From the NCBI GenBank assembly GCA_902634455.1, contig CACPKQ010000005.1, forward strand, positions 302-64,301: 64,000 bases of DNA, in the 5' to 3' direction. The position numbers and the translations under genes were made by a program. Of this stretch, positions 17,484 through 26,155 are shown piece by piece. The stretch's first letter is position 1. Every line of letters starts with the position of its first letter. Below the pieces are notes generated by a model. The model was not told where the DNA came from, did no database searches, and saw only the letters and a program-made list of their open reading frames with translations. Source of the DNA: an uncultured Pelagibacteraceae bacterium (lineage in GTDB: Bacteria > Pseudomonadota > Alphaproteobacteria > Pelagibacterales > Pelagibacteraceae).

Positions 17484-19019
17484 ATGAAAAAATCAGTTTT
17501 ATTTATTTGTGCTGACCAATGGAGGTGGGATTGTTTTGGTTTTATGGGACATAAACATGCTCATACACCCACTATTGACAAATTAGCTTCTAGAAGTACC
17601 GCTTTTACAAAACATTTCACAAATATAATTCCTTGTGGACCCTCAAGGGCAACGATGTTAACTGGTCTATACCCTTTTATTCATCGTTCAGTTGTTAATG
17701 GTGCTCCATTAGATGAACGTTTTACAAATATTGCTTTAGAAGTAAAAAAACTTGGATACGACCCTACTCTTTATGGGTACACAGATACTTCGTATGATCC
17801 TCGTAAATTAGATAAAAATGATCCTCGTCTTTTTACTTATGAATCTCCTATGCCAGGTTTTAATCCTGTTTGCCATTTGCCTAGTGGAAATCCTGAACCG
17901 TGGGCTTCTTATTTAGAAGAAAAAGGTATTAAGGTAAAAAAACCAACTGATTTATATATATGTCCAGAAGCAAATTATGAAGAAGGATTTGCATATAAAG
18001 CATGGAAAATTCCTACAGAACTTTCTGATACTTCGTTCTTAGCAGATAGAGCTGCTGAAGATTTAAGAAATTTAAAAAAACCTTTTTTTATGCATGTATC
18101 TTTTTTAAAGCCTCACCCACCTTATTGTGTATCTGACCCTTGGCATAGTTTGATTGATCCTACAAAATTGGAAAATGACATTTTAGATGAAAATTGTGAT
18201 TATAGAAATAAACTTCATCCTTTAGCAGAAAAAATTGTTGAATGTTTTGAAGTCAAAGGCAATAAAACTCCAGAAATAAATTACAAAAATCTAACAAAAA
18301 AAGATATAGCAAGAATACAAGCAGTTTATTTAGGTATGTGTGCTGAAGTAGATTTTAACATTAAAAAAATATTAAAAGCCCTTGATGATAACGGGCAATC
18401 AGATAATACAATGATAATTTTTACTAGCGATCACGGAGAGATGCTTGGTCAACACAAAATGTTTGGAAAAAAAGGTTGGTGGGATCAATCTTACCGTATA
18501 CCTTTAATTGTTTACACACCAAATTGTAAACCTCAAATGTTGAATGAAATGACAGAATCAGTTGACCTTTTGCCAACTATTATTGATTGGTTAGGAGGTG
18601 AAATACCTATAGATTGTAACGGAAGATCTTTAATCTCAAATATTGAAAGTGGAAAACCAAATTTACCAAATAGAGACTACGTAATTTTTGAATGGGATTT
18701 TAGAGATCTATACCTAAATAAAAATTCAAAAAAATTAACTTTAGCTCCTGAGGAGTGTAATTTATCAGTAATAAGAACTGATGAATGGAAATATGTTCAT
18801 TTTCCAGCTTTTGAACCTTTGTTATATAATATTAAAAATGACCCAAATGAAAAAGTAAATTTAGCTACAAATTCAAAATATGATAAAATTAAAAGTGAAA
18901 TGCTAAGCAAACTTTTAAGTCATCGTATTAGACATTCTGAACGTCAAATGACAAACACAAAATTAACTTCAGAAGGACCAAAGATATTAAATGGTCCATC
19001 GATAAGACAAATAGTATAA
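17484..19019 (+). CDS. pehA: Phosphonate monoester hydrolase / phosphodiesterase (alkaline phosphatase superfamily, formylglycine-type)
   Basis: DQWR, PCGPSRATMLTGLY, HRSVVNGAPLD, GYDPTLYGYT, DPR...NDPR, PHPP, SDHGEMLG, WKYVHF. These match the PMH subfamily pattern better than arylsulfatases. No signal peptide. Confidence 0.8.
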   Translation: MKKSVLFICADQWRWDCFGFMGHKHAHTPTIDKLASRSTAFTKHFTNIIPCGPSRATMLTGLYPFIHRSVVNGAPLDERFTNIALEVKKLGYDPTLYGYTDTSYDPRKLDKNDPRLFTYESPMPGFNPVCHLPSGNPEPWASYLEEKGIKVKKPTDLYICPEANYEEGFAYKAWKIPTELSDTSFLADRAAEDLRNLKKPFFMHVSFLKPHPPYCVSDPWHSLIDPTKLENDILDENCDYRNKLHPLAEKIVECFEVKGNKTPEINYKNLTKKDIARIQAVYLGMCAEVDFNIKKILKALDDNGQSDNTMIIFTSDHGEMLGQHKMFGKKGWWDQSYRIPLIVYTPNCKPQMLNEMTESVDLLPTIIDWLGGEIPIDCNGRSLISNIESGKPNLPNRDYVIFEWDFRDLYLNKNSKKLTLAPEECNLSVIRTDEWKYVHFPAFEPLLYNIKNDPNEKVNLATNSKYDKIKSEMLSKLLSHRIRHSERQMTNTKLTSEGPKILNGPSIRQIV

Positions 19020-19024
19020 AATAT

Positions 19025-20074
19025 ATGCTTACTACAGTTATTGGTGCATATCCTAAACCTAAATACCTTAAACTTCCTGATTGGTTTAATGCTGATGGTG
19101 GTACTGATACACAATATCCAACGAAAGATTATCATGATGCAATTAAAGAAATGGGAATTGAAGCTGAAAATATATTTCAAAAAGCAACTGAAGAAGTAAT
19201 TAGAGACCAAATAGAATGTGGAATTGATATTATAACTGATGGCGAGGTACGTAGAGAAAATTATATCCACTATCATTGCCGCCATTTGGATGGAATCGAT
19301 TTTAATAAGTTGACCAAAAAAGTAGCAAGAACAGGAAATTATGAATGTTGGTTGCCTACTATAACAGGAACTGTAAAAGCTAAAGAAGCTTTTTTGGTGA
19401 GGGAATGGCAGTTAGCACAAAAAATGTCTTCTAAACCCGTAAAAATAACTATACCAGGTCCAATGACTATAACTGATACAATATCTAATGAATTTTATAA
19501 TTCTCCAAAAAAAATGGGAGAAGATTTAGCTGAAGCTATAAAAGTTGAAATAAATAGACTGGCTGAAGCAGGTTGCAAATATATTCAAGTTGATGAACCT
19601 TTGTTTGCTAGAAAACCAAAAGAAGCTATTGAATATGGAATTAAAAATCTTGAAAAATGTTTTGAAGGAATAGTGAATAAAAAAATAGATAAAATTACAC
19701 ACATATGTTGCGGTTACCCTGATAAATTAGATGCTGTTAATTACCCTAAAGCTCCACTTAATTCGTATCACGAAATTGCTAAAATGCTAGACAATTCAAT
19801 TGTAGACTCAATTTCAATAGAAGATGCTCATAGATACAACGATTTAAATTTGTTAAGTAAATATAAAAATAAAAAAATAATTTTCGGTGTTTTAAAAATT
19901 GCTAGTAGTAAAACTGATTCTGAAGAAGATATTTATAATAGAGTTAAAGAAGCACTTAACCATATAGATAAAGAAAGGCTTATACTAGCTCCTGATTGTG
20001 GACTTGGTCACTTACCAAGAGAACTTTCTAAAAAAAAATTAAAAATAATGTCGGAAGTGGCAAATAAATTTTAA
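19025..20074 (+). CDS. Single-domain ('core') MetE-like Zn-dependent thiol alkyltransferase
   Basis: TTVIGAYPKP, DGEVRRENY, PGPMT, IQVDEP, HxC (HICC), E, PDCGL zinc ligands; no N-terminal MetE barrel. Confidence 0.8.
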   Translation: MLTTVIGAYPKPKYLKLPDWFNADGGTDTQYPTKDYHDAIKEMGIEAENIFQKATEEVIRDQIECGIDIITDGEVRRENYIHYHCRHLDGIDFNKLTKKVARTGNYECWLPTITGTVKAKEAFLVREWQLAQKMSSKPVKITIPGPMTITDTISNEFYNSPKKMGEDLAEAIKVEINRLAEAGCKYIQVDEPLFARKPKEAIEYGIKNLEKCFEGIVNKKIDKITHICCGYPDKLDAVNYPKAPLNSYHEIAKMLDNSIVDSISIEDAHRYNDLNLLSKYKNKKIIFGVLKIASSKTDSEEDIYNRVKEALNHIDKERLILAPDCGLGHLPRELSKKKLKIMSEVANKF

Positions 20075-20151
20075 ATTATTTTGTCACGGTACTTATTTAT
20101 TTAATGGTTTTTATTGCAGATGTTTATTAACTGATATATAGAATGTGTTTT

Positions 20152-21393
20152 ATGTCAAAAATTGATAAAATTTCTGTTAATGGAAAATCATACAAATGGC
20201 CTACAAAACCAGCTGTTGTTATTTGTTTAGATGGAAGCGAGCCAGGACCAAAAGGTTATATTGATACTGCAATTAGAATGGATTGTATGCCTTTCATGAA
20301 ATCAATGTTAAGTAAATCAACTTATGAAATTGGTAAATGTGCAATGCCAAGCTTCACAAATGTGAATAATATGTCAATTGTTACTGGAACAACTCCAGAT
20401 GTGCATGGTATATGTGGTAACTTCTTTTTTAATCCAGATGATGGAAAAGAAACATTGATGAATGATGACTCTTTTTTACGTGTTTCAACAATTTTTGAAG
20501 CTTTTGAAAATGCCGGTGCGAAAATAGCAATAATTACAGCAAAAGAAAAACTAAGAAAATTATTAGGAAAAAATCTTAAAAAAGCTATTTGTTTCTCATC
20601 TGAAAAAGCAGACACAGCAAACTTAAAAGAAAATAGAATAGAAAATGTTTTAGATTTAGTAAAAAAACCTCTACCAGAAGTTTATAGCTCAGATTTGTCA
20701 GAATTTATTTTTGCTGCTGCAGTAGAAATTATTAAAAAAGAGAAGATTGATTTAATTTATCTATCAACAACTGATTATATTCAACACAAATCTGCTCCTG
20801 GAGGCAAATTAGCTAATAATTTTTATCATATGCTTGATGGTTACCTGTCTAAATTTTATGACTTAGGTTGTGAAATATCTTTAACCGCAGATCATGGAAT
20901 GAAGGGCAAGACGAACGAAGATGGTTCTTTAAATTTAATCTATATACAAGACGAACTAGATAAAAAATTTGGTAAAGATGAATGTAATGTTGTTTGTACT
21001 ATCACAGACCCTTATGTTGTTCATCATGGGGCTTTGGGTGGTTTTGTGACAATATACCTAAAAAATAAAGCTAAAATTGATGATGTTATAAACTATATCA
21101 AAACAATAAAAGGTGTTGAGCTGGTTCTGAATAAAAAAGATAGTGTTAAAAAGTTGAATCAACCAGAGGATAGAATTGGTGATATTGTTGTTACATCGAA
21201 TGAAAATTTTGCAATTGGTAAAAAAAAGAGTGATCATGATTTAAGTCAATTAAAAGAACCATTAAGAACTCATGGTGGCCTTGGAGAAACAGATATACCT
21301 ATTTTTATATCAAAAAAAATCGATGCTAGCTACAAATCAAAAGGTGTCTTAAAGAATTACGATATATTTGATTTAGCCTTAAATTATGGATAA
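20152..21393 (+). CDS. phnA: Phosphonoacetate hydrolase
   Basis: ICLDG, MPSFTNVNNMSIVTG, HGICGNFF, YLSTTDYIQHK, TADHGM, DPYVVHHGALG, LRTHGG. Confidence 0.93.
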   Translation: MSKIDKISVNGKSYKWPTKPAVVICLDGSEPGPKGYIDTAIRMDCMPFMKSMLSKSTYEIGKCAMPSFTNVNNMSIVTGTTPDVHGICGNFFFNPDDGKETLMNDDSFLRVSTIFEAFENAGAKIAIITAKEKLRKLLGKNLKKAICFSSEKADTANLKENRIENVLDLVKKPLPEVYSSDLSEFIFAAAVEIIKKEKIDLIYLSTTDYIQHKSAPGGKLANNFYHMLDGYLSKFYDLGCEISLTADHGMKGKTNEDGSLNLIYIQDELDKKFGKDECNVVCTITDPYVVHHGALGGFVTIYLKNKAKIDDVINYIKTIKGVELVLNKKDSVKKLNQPEDRIGDIVVTSNENFAIGKKKSDHDLSQLKEPLRTHGGLGETDIPIFISKKIDASYKSKGVLKNYDIFDLALNYG

Positions 21394-22828
21394 AAAAATT
21401 TTTAAGGTTAAAGGGACCTATGTAAATGGTCAGTGGCTTAACTCAAAAGATAGATACGATATTTATAACCCATCTAATGGTGAAAAATTATCCGACGTAC
21501 CTATATCAGATAAAAAAGAACTTGAATTAGCAGTAGACTCTGCAAAAAAAGCTCAGCTAATCTGGTCAAAAACTTCTTTAATTGAAAGAGCTAACGCTTT
21601 AGAAAAGTTAGCAAAAAAAATACTAGAAAAAGAGGAAGAGTTTGCTTTAATTGACACTTACGATTCAGGTAATGCTTTAACTGGGATGAGAAAAGATGTT
21701 AAGGAAACAGTAAATAACATAAGATATTTTTGTGGATTGGTAAGAGAAGTTAAAGGCGAAACTTTTTCCATGGAAAAAAACCACTTAAATTTTACACGTT
21801 ATCAACCTTATGGTGTCGTACTTAAAATCAATCCTTTTAATCACCCTTTTAGATTTTGCGTTGAAAAAATTGCTGCACCTTTATTAATGGGGAATTCTCT
21901 GATAATCAAAAATTCTGAACAAGCACCAATTTCCTCTTTGAGATTTTGTGAACTGTTAGAAAATATATTTCCAAAAGGTTTGATAAACGTTGTAACAGGA
22001 GGTCCAGATAACGGAAAATTTTTAGTTGAACATCCAGATATCAAAAGAATAGCTGTAATAGGATCTGTTAATACTGGAATAGCTGTTGCAAAATCTGCTG
22101 CCCCTCTTCTCAAAAATATATCTTTAGAGTTAGGTGGTAAAAATCCAATTATTGTTTTTGATGACGCTGATCCAGATTTTGCAGCAAGTTTAGCTATAAA
22201 AGGTATGAACCTAAGCAGACAAGGACAGTCATGTAGTTCTACTTCTCGTGTTCTTATAAATAAAAAAGTTAAAGAAAAATTCCTTAAATCACTTGTAGAA
22301 AAAGCAAAAAGTATTCCTGTTGGATTGCCGTGGATTGAGACAAATGAAATAGGTCCGATCGTATCGAAAAAACAATTTGAAGGAGTCATGAACTATATTA
22401 AATCTGGCATTGAACAAGGTGCAAAATTACTTTTAGGAGGAGATCAAAATAAATCAGATGATCTTAAAAACGGTTTTTTTATAAATCCTACTATTTTCTG
22501 TGATGTTAAACCTGATATGAAAATAGCAAAGGAAGAAATTTTTGGACCAGTTATATCCGTTATTGACTGGGATGATTATGATGAGATGGTAAAAATTGCT
22601 AATTCAACTAAGTATGGATTAACAACTATGATTGTAACTAACTCTTTATCTAATGCCATGAAAACTGCTGAAGATGTAGAGGTTGGATATGTTTGGGTAA
22701 ACACATCGGGCAGATATTCTGGTGCACAATATGGTGGTTGGAAACTTAGCGGTATTGGTGTTGAAGAATGCTTTGATGAAATGAAAGGTTACGCAAGACT
22801 TAAAAATATTAATATGAAATGGAATTAA
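21386..22828 (+). CDS. NAD-dependent aldehyde dehydrogenase; putative phosphonoacetaldehyde dehydrogenase (PhnY role)
   Basis: PFNHP, LELGGKNP, GQSC catalytic Cys, EEIFGPV; start overlaps phnA. Confidence 0.8.
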   Translation: MDKKIFKVKGTYVNGQWLNSKDRYDIYNPSNGEKLSDVPISDKKELELAVDSAKKAQLIWSKTSLIERANALEKLAKKILEKEEEFALIDTYDSGNALTGMRKDVKETVNNIRYFCGLVREVKGETFSMEKNHLNFTRYQPYGVVLKINPFNHPFRFCVEKIAAPLLMGNSLIIKNSEQAPISSLRFCELLENIFPKGLINVVTGGPDNGKFLVEHPDIKRIAVIGSVNTGIAVAKSAAPLLKNISLELGGKNPIIVFDDADPDFAASLAIKGMNLSRQGQSCSSTSRVLINKKVKEKFLKSLVEKAKSIPVGLPWIETNEIGPIVSKKQFEGVMNYIKSGIEQGAKLLLGGDQNKSDDLKNGFFINPTIFCDVKPDMKIAKEEIFGPVISVIDWDDYDEMVKIANSTKYGLTTMIVTNSLSNAMKTAEDVEVGYVWVNTSGRYSGAQYGGWKLSGIGVEECFDEMKGYARLKNINMKWN

Positions 22829-22979
22829 ATTTTTAATTATATAATCCCTAAAAATTATTTTTGGTAAAAAAATGCTTAAAATAAAAAAAAAATTAAAATT
22901 ATGTTTGAAGGAAAAATTAAATCTTAAATAAAATTTTTTTCTTGAATTTCTGAAATAAAACTGTATCAAAACTCTAATT

Positions 22980-23180
22980 ATGGCAAAAAGAAATTTTAAA
23001 TCAAAAAAAATTAAGAAATCTTATAAAGAAGAAAATTACGAAGAATTATCACCAATTAGAAGACTTGAAAGAAAACTTGATAGAGTAAATCATATTATGG
23101 AACTAATTCGTACAATTGTTCCTATAATGTTGTTGGCATTAAATTGTATAATTTTAGCAAAAATATTTAATCTGATTTAA
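22980..23180 (+). CDS. Small protein with basic N-terminus, short coiled coil and one C-terminal TM helix
   Basis: 66-aa ORF filling the ALDH-phnW gap; hydrophobic tail IVPIMLLALNCIILAKIFNLI. Confidence 0.6.
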   Translation: MAKRNFKSKKIKKSYKEENYEELSPIRRLERKLDRVNHIMELIRTIVPIMLLALNCIILAKIFNLI

Positions 23181-23201
23181 TATTAGTCCTATATAAAAAA
23201 A

Positions 23202-24302
23202 ATGGATAAAAAACTGCTTACACCAGGTCCCCTTACAACTTCTGATTCAACAAAAAAAGCTATGCTTCATGACTGGGGTTCACGTGATGTTAAGTTCATA
23301 GATTTAAACAAAAAAATTCGTGAAACTCTAGTTGACCTAATTAATGGTCAAAATGTTTTTGAATGCGTTCCAATGCAAGGAAGTGGAACATTTTCTGTTG
23401 AAGCAATGATAGGGTCTTTAACAAACAAAAAATCAAAAATATTAATTTTAATTAATGGTGCTTATGGTCAACGGATGAAAAAAATATGTTCTTATATGTC
23501 TAGAAATTTTATTACATATGATGTTGCCGAACATGAAATTCATGATATTAACAAAATTCAAAATCTAATTAATGAAAATAAAGATCTGACACACATATTT
23601 TCCGTTTACTGTGAAACAACGTCAGGAATTTTAAACCCAATACAATCGATTTCGGAATTAGCCAAAAAAAATAATATATCCTTTTTTATTGATGCAATGA
23701 GTGCTTTTGGAGCTTTGCCCTTAGATGTAAAAAAAACATATTTTGATGCTGTTGCCGCTTCTTCAAATAAATGTTTAGAAGGAGTTCCTGGAGTTGGATT
23801 TATATTAGTAAGAAAATCTGTTCTTCAGACTTCTAAAAATAATTCTCATTCTCTTAGCTTAGATTTGTATGATCAATGGGAATCTATGGAAAAAAATGCA
23901 CAATGGAGATTTACACCTCCAACTCATGTTTTGGCTGCATTCAATCAAGCTTTAACGGAACACCAAAATGAAGGTGGAACAAAAGGTAGGTATCAACGTT
24001 ATAATAAAAATTGTAAAATAATTTGTGATGGTATGGCAAAAATAGGTTTTAAACAGCTTCTATCAAATGAATTACAAGCACCTATTATTATTACATTTTT
24101 ACAACCAAAAGTTCCAAATTTCGATTTCAAAAAGTTTTATAATTCATTAAGTGACAAAGGTTTCTTAATTTATCCTGGAAAACTTACTGTTGCTGATACT
24201 TTTAGAATTGGTTGTATAGGACATTTAAATGAAAAGGATATGAAAGACGCTATTATTGCTGTAGAAAATACATTAAAGGATCTTAACATAAAATTAAGTT
24301 AA
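23202..24302 (+). CDS. phnW: 2-aminoethylphosphonate:pyruvate transaminase
   Basis: LLTPGPLTTS, DWGSRD, QGSGT, CETTSG, DAMSAFG, SSNKCLEGVPG (PLP Lys), QWRFTPPTH, IYPGKLT. Confidence 0.95.
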   Translation: MDKKLLTPGPLTTSDSTKKAMLHDWGSRDVKFIDLNKKIRETLVDLINGQNVFECVPMQGSGTFSVEAMIGSLTNKKSKILILINGAYGQRMKKICSYMSRNFITYDVAEHEIHDINKIQNLINENKDLTHIFSVYCETTSGILNPIQSISELAKKNNISFFIDAMSAFGALPLDVKKTYFDAVAASSNKCLEGVPGVGFILVRKSVLQTSKNNSHSLSLDLYDQWESMEKNAQWRFTPPTHVLAAFNQALTEHQNEGGTKGRYQRYNKNCKIICDGMAKIGFKQLLSNELQAPIIITFLQPKVPNFDFKKFYNSLSDKGFLIYPGKLTVADTFRIGCIGHLNEKDMKDAIIAVENTLKDLNIKLS

Positions 24303-24306
24303 AGAA

Positions 24307-24945
24307 ATGACGGCTACATTTGAAATTCCTTTAGTTAGAGCAACAAATGATAATCTAAAAGGATATGGTAATTTAGTTAATAATTTTGATGATTGTCAAA
24401 TCCAAATTACACAATGGCCGAAACAAGGTTGGCGTGAGATTGATCCTGGTACTGGTGATGAAGGTGGCATAACAGAAGGATCTTTTGAAGTTTGGTGGGA
24501 TAAAAATATTTTATATGGAAAAAATAATGCTGTACCTCATAAAAATATAAACAATTATGAAAAAGATGATGTATATCTTTTGGGTTATAGTTACCATCCT
24601 AGCGAAAAAAATACTAAACAGAATACTGAAGTAATTGAAGACATATATTTATGGCATGCAAATTATCACCCTGATGGAGGCCAGCTTTTTTTCCCTCAAG
24701 AAAAAAAACCATTTGTTTGTGCTTTAGCATTACCAGGTGATGACGTAAAACCAGAAAATTTCAAAGCATTTTATTTTGATGGATCAATGGGTTTATATAT
24801 TCACCCGTATGTATGGCACGATGCTGTATTTCCTATAAATAAAACAGCAACTTTTAGAGGCAAACAAGGAAAAGTGCATGCGCGTGTGAGTATTGATTTT
24901 TCTAAAGAATTTAATGGATATTTAAAATTTAAAACTAAAATTTAA
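24307..24945 (+). CDS. Ureidoglycolate lyase (AllA)-like cupin
   Basis: NYHPDGGQLFFP, ALALPGDD, GLYIHPYVWH metal-cupin pattern. Confidence 0.6.
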   Translation: MTATFEIPLVRATNDNLKGYGNLVNNFDDCQIQITQWPKQGWREIDPGTGDEGGITEGSFEVWWDKNILYGKNNAVPHKNINNYEKDDVYLLGYSYHPSEKNTKQNTEVIEDIYLWHANYHPDGGQLFFPQEKKPFVCALALPGDDVKPENFKAFYFDGSMGLYIHPYVWHDAVFPINKTATFRGKQGKVHARVSIDFSKEFNGYLKFKTKI

Positions 24946-24949
24946 ATAA

Positions 24950-26155
24950 CTAATTTATTCTTCCATATATATCCTTATATCTTACTATATCAGTTTCTTT
25001 TAATATAGATCCTGTCTGAACCTCGATGATTTTTACAAGTTTTTTATAATTATTTTCAATCCTATGCACTGCTCCTTGTGGAATAAATACTGATTCACTA
25101 GTCTTTTTTAAATATTTATTTTTATTAATTGTAATTAGTGGTTTGCCTTGTGTTATCATCCAGTGCTCAGATCTATGATGATGTTTTTGAAGGCTTATAG
25201 AAGATTTTGAATTAACAGTTAGTTCTTTTACTAAAAAGTTTTTACCTTCAAATAAATTAACATATTTACCCCAAGGTCTGTAATAAATATTTTTTTTCTT
25301 AAAGTACTTAGATTTATTTTTATGATATATTTTAGATATTTCTCTCCAGCTACCTAAGTCAGACCAAGGTATATCTAATTTAATAGCATTAATTTTCTTT
25401 GTTTTTTCAAGGATTCCATAATCAAAAGATTTTTCTACTGATTTATTAAAAAATTTTTTGTTTAAATAATAGGTGTTATTTTTATATTTTGCCTTATTAA
25501 CTGCTTTTAAACAGTTTTTGTATGTTTTGTTTTGATATTTTTGAAAATTATTAATTATAGAGTCTTTTCTTAAATAAAACATTCCAGAGTTCCAATAACC
25601 ATTATTTTTAATAACCAATTTAGCTTTATTCAAATTGGGTTTTTCGATAAATTTAGTAACTTTGTTTATATTTTTTTTAATCTTTTTTGTTAAAAAATAA
25701 CCATATTCACTAGAAGGATTTGTTGGCTTAATTCCAAATATAAATATATTTTGACTATCTAAATTAGTTTTATTTTTTTTTATAGCTGTATTTAAAATAT
25801 GAGATTTTTCAATTAAATGATCGGCAGCAAAATACATCAAAGGTTGGTTTAAAGGTATATCTTTAATTAAAGCTGAAGATAATATTGCAGGGGCGGTATT
25901 TTTTTTTGCTGGTTCTAGGACTATTTTATATTTCTTAACTTTGTTTTTTTTAAGAGATTTTCTTACATCTTTTAAATATTTTAAGTTAGTACTTATTATT
26001 GGATAATCAAAAAAAGGTTTTTTAATTCTTTCTAGTGTTTTTTGAATTAATGACCAGCCACCAAAATCAATAAATTGCTTAGCTTGATGGTTTTTTTGTT
26101 TAGGCCAAAGTCTTGTTCCAGCACCTCCGCAAAGAATAACAGGTCTTATTTTCAT
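24950..26155 (-). CDS. manC: Mannose-1-phosphate guanylyltransferase / phosphomannose isomerase
   Basis: PVILCGGAGTRLWP, EPAKKNTAPA, FIEKP, WSDLGSW, cupin RPWG...SLQKHHHRSEHW. Confidence 0.92.
   Translation of the reverse strand: MKIRPVILCGGAGTRLWPKQKNHQAKQFIDFGGWSLIQKTLERIKKPFFDYPIISTNLKYLKDVRKSLKKNKVKKYKIVLEPAKKNTAPAILSSALIKDIPLNQPLMYFAADHLIEKSHILNTAIKKNKTNLDSQNIFIFGIKPTNPSSEYGYFLTKKIKKNINKVTKFIEKPNLNKAKLVIKNNGYWNSGMFYLRKDSIINNFQKYQNKTYKNCLKAVNKAKYKNNTYYLNKKFFNKSVEKSFDYGILEKTKKINAIKLDIPWSDLGSWREISKIYHKNKSKYFKKKNIYYRPWGKYVNLFEGKNFLVKELTVNSKSSISLQKHHHRSEHWMITQGKPLITINKNKYLKKTSESVFIPQGAVHRIENNYKKLVKIIEVQTGSILKETDIVRYKDIYGRIN

Larger units (their letters stand above)
4793..24945. other. Accessory (flexible) gene block for Zn/P/phosphonate acquisition; boundaries approximate
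   Basis: Nutrient-acquisition genes lie between the core argS-dgt-erpA-xth and ilvD-valS blocks; no integrase, transposase or att repeat seen. Confidence 0.6.

Noticed and set aside
20081-20100. Pho box upstream of phnA
   Set aside because: Only one TTGTCAC half-site is present, with no partner at 11-bp spacing.
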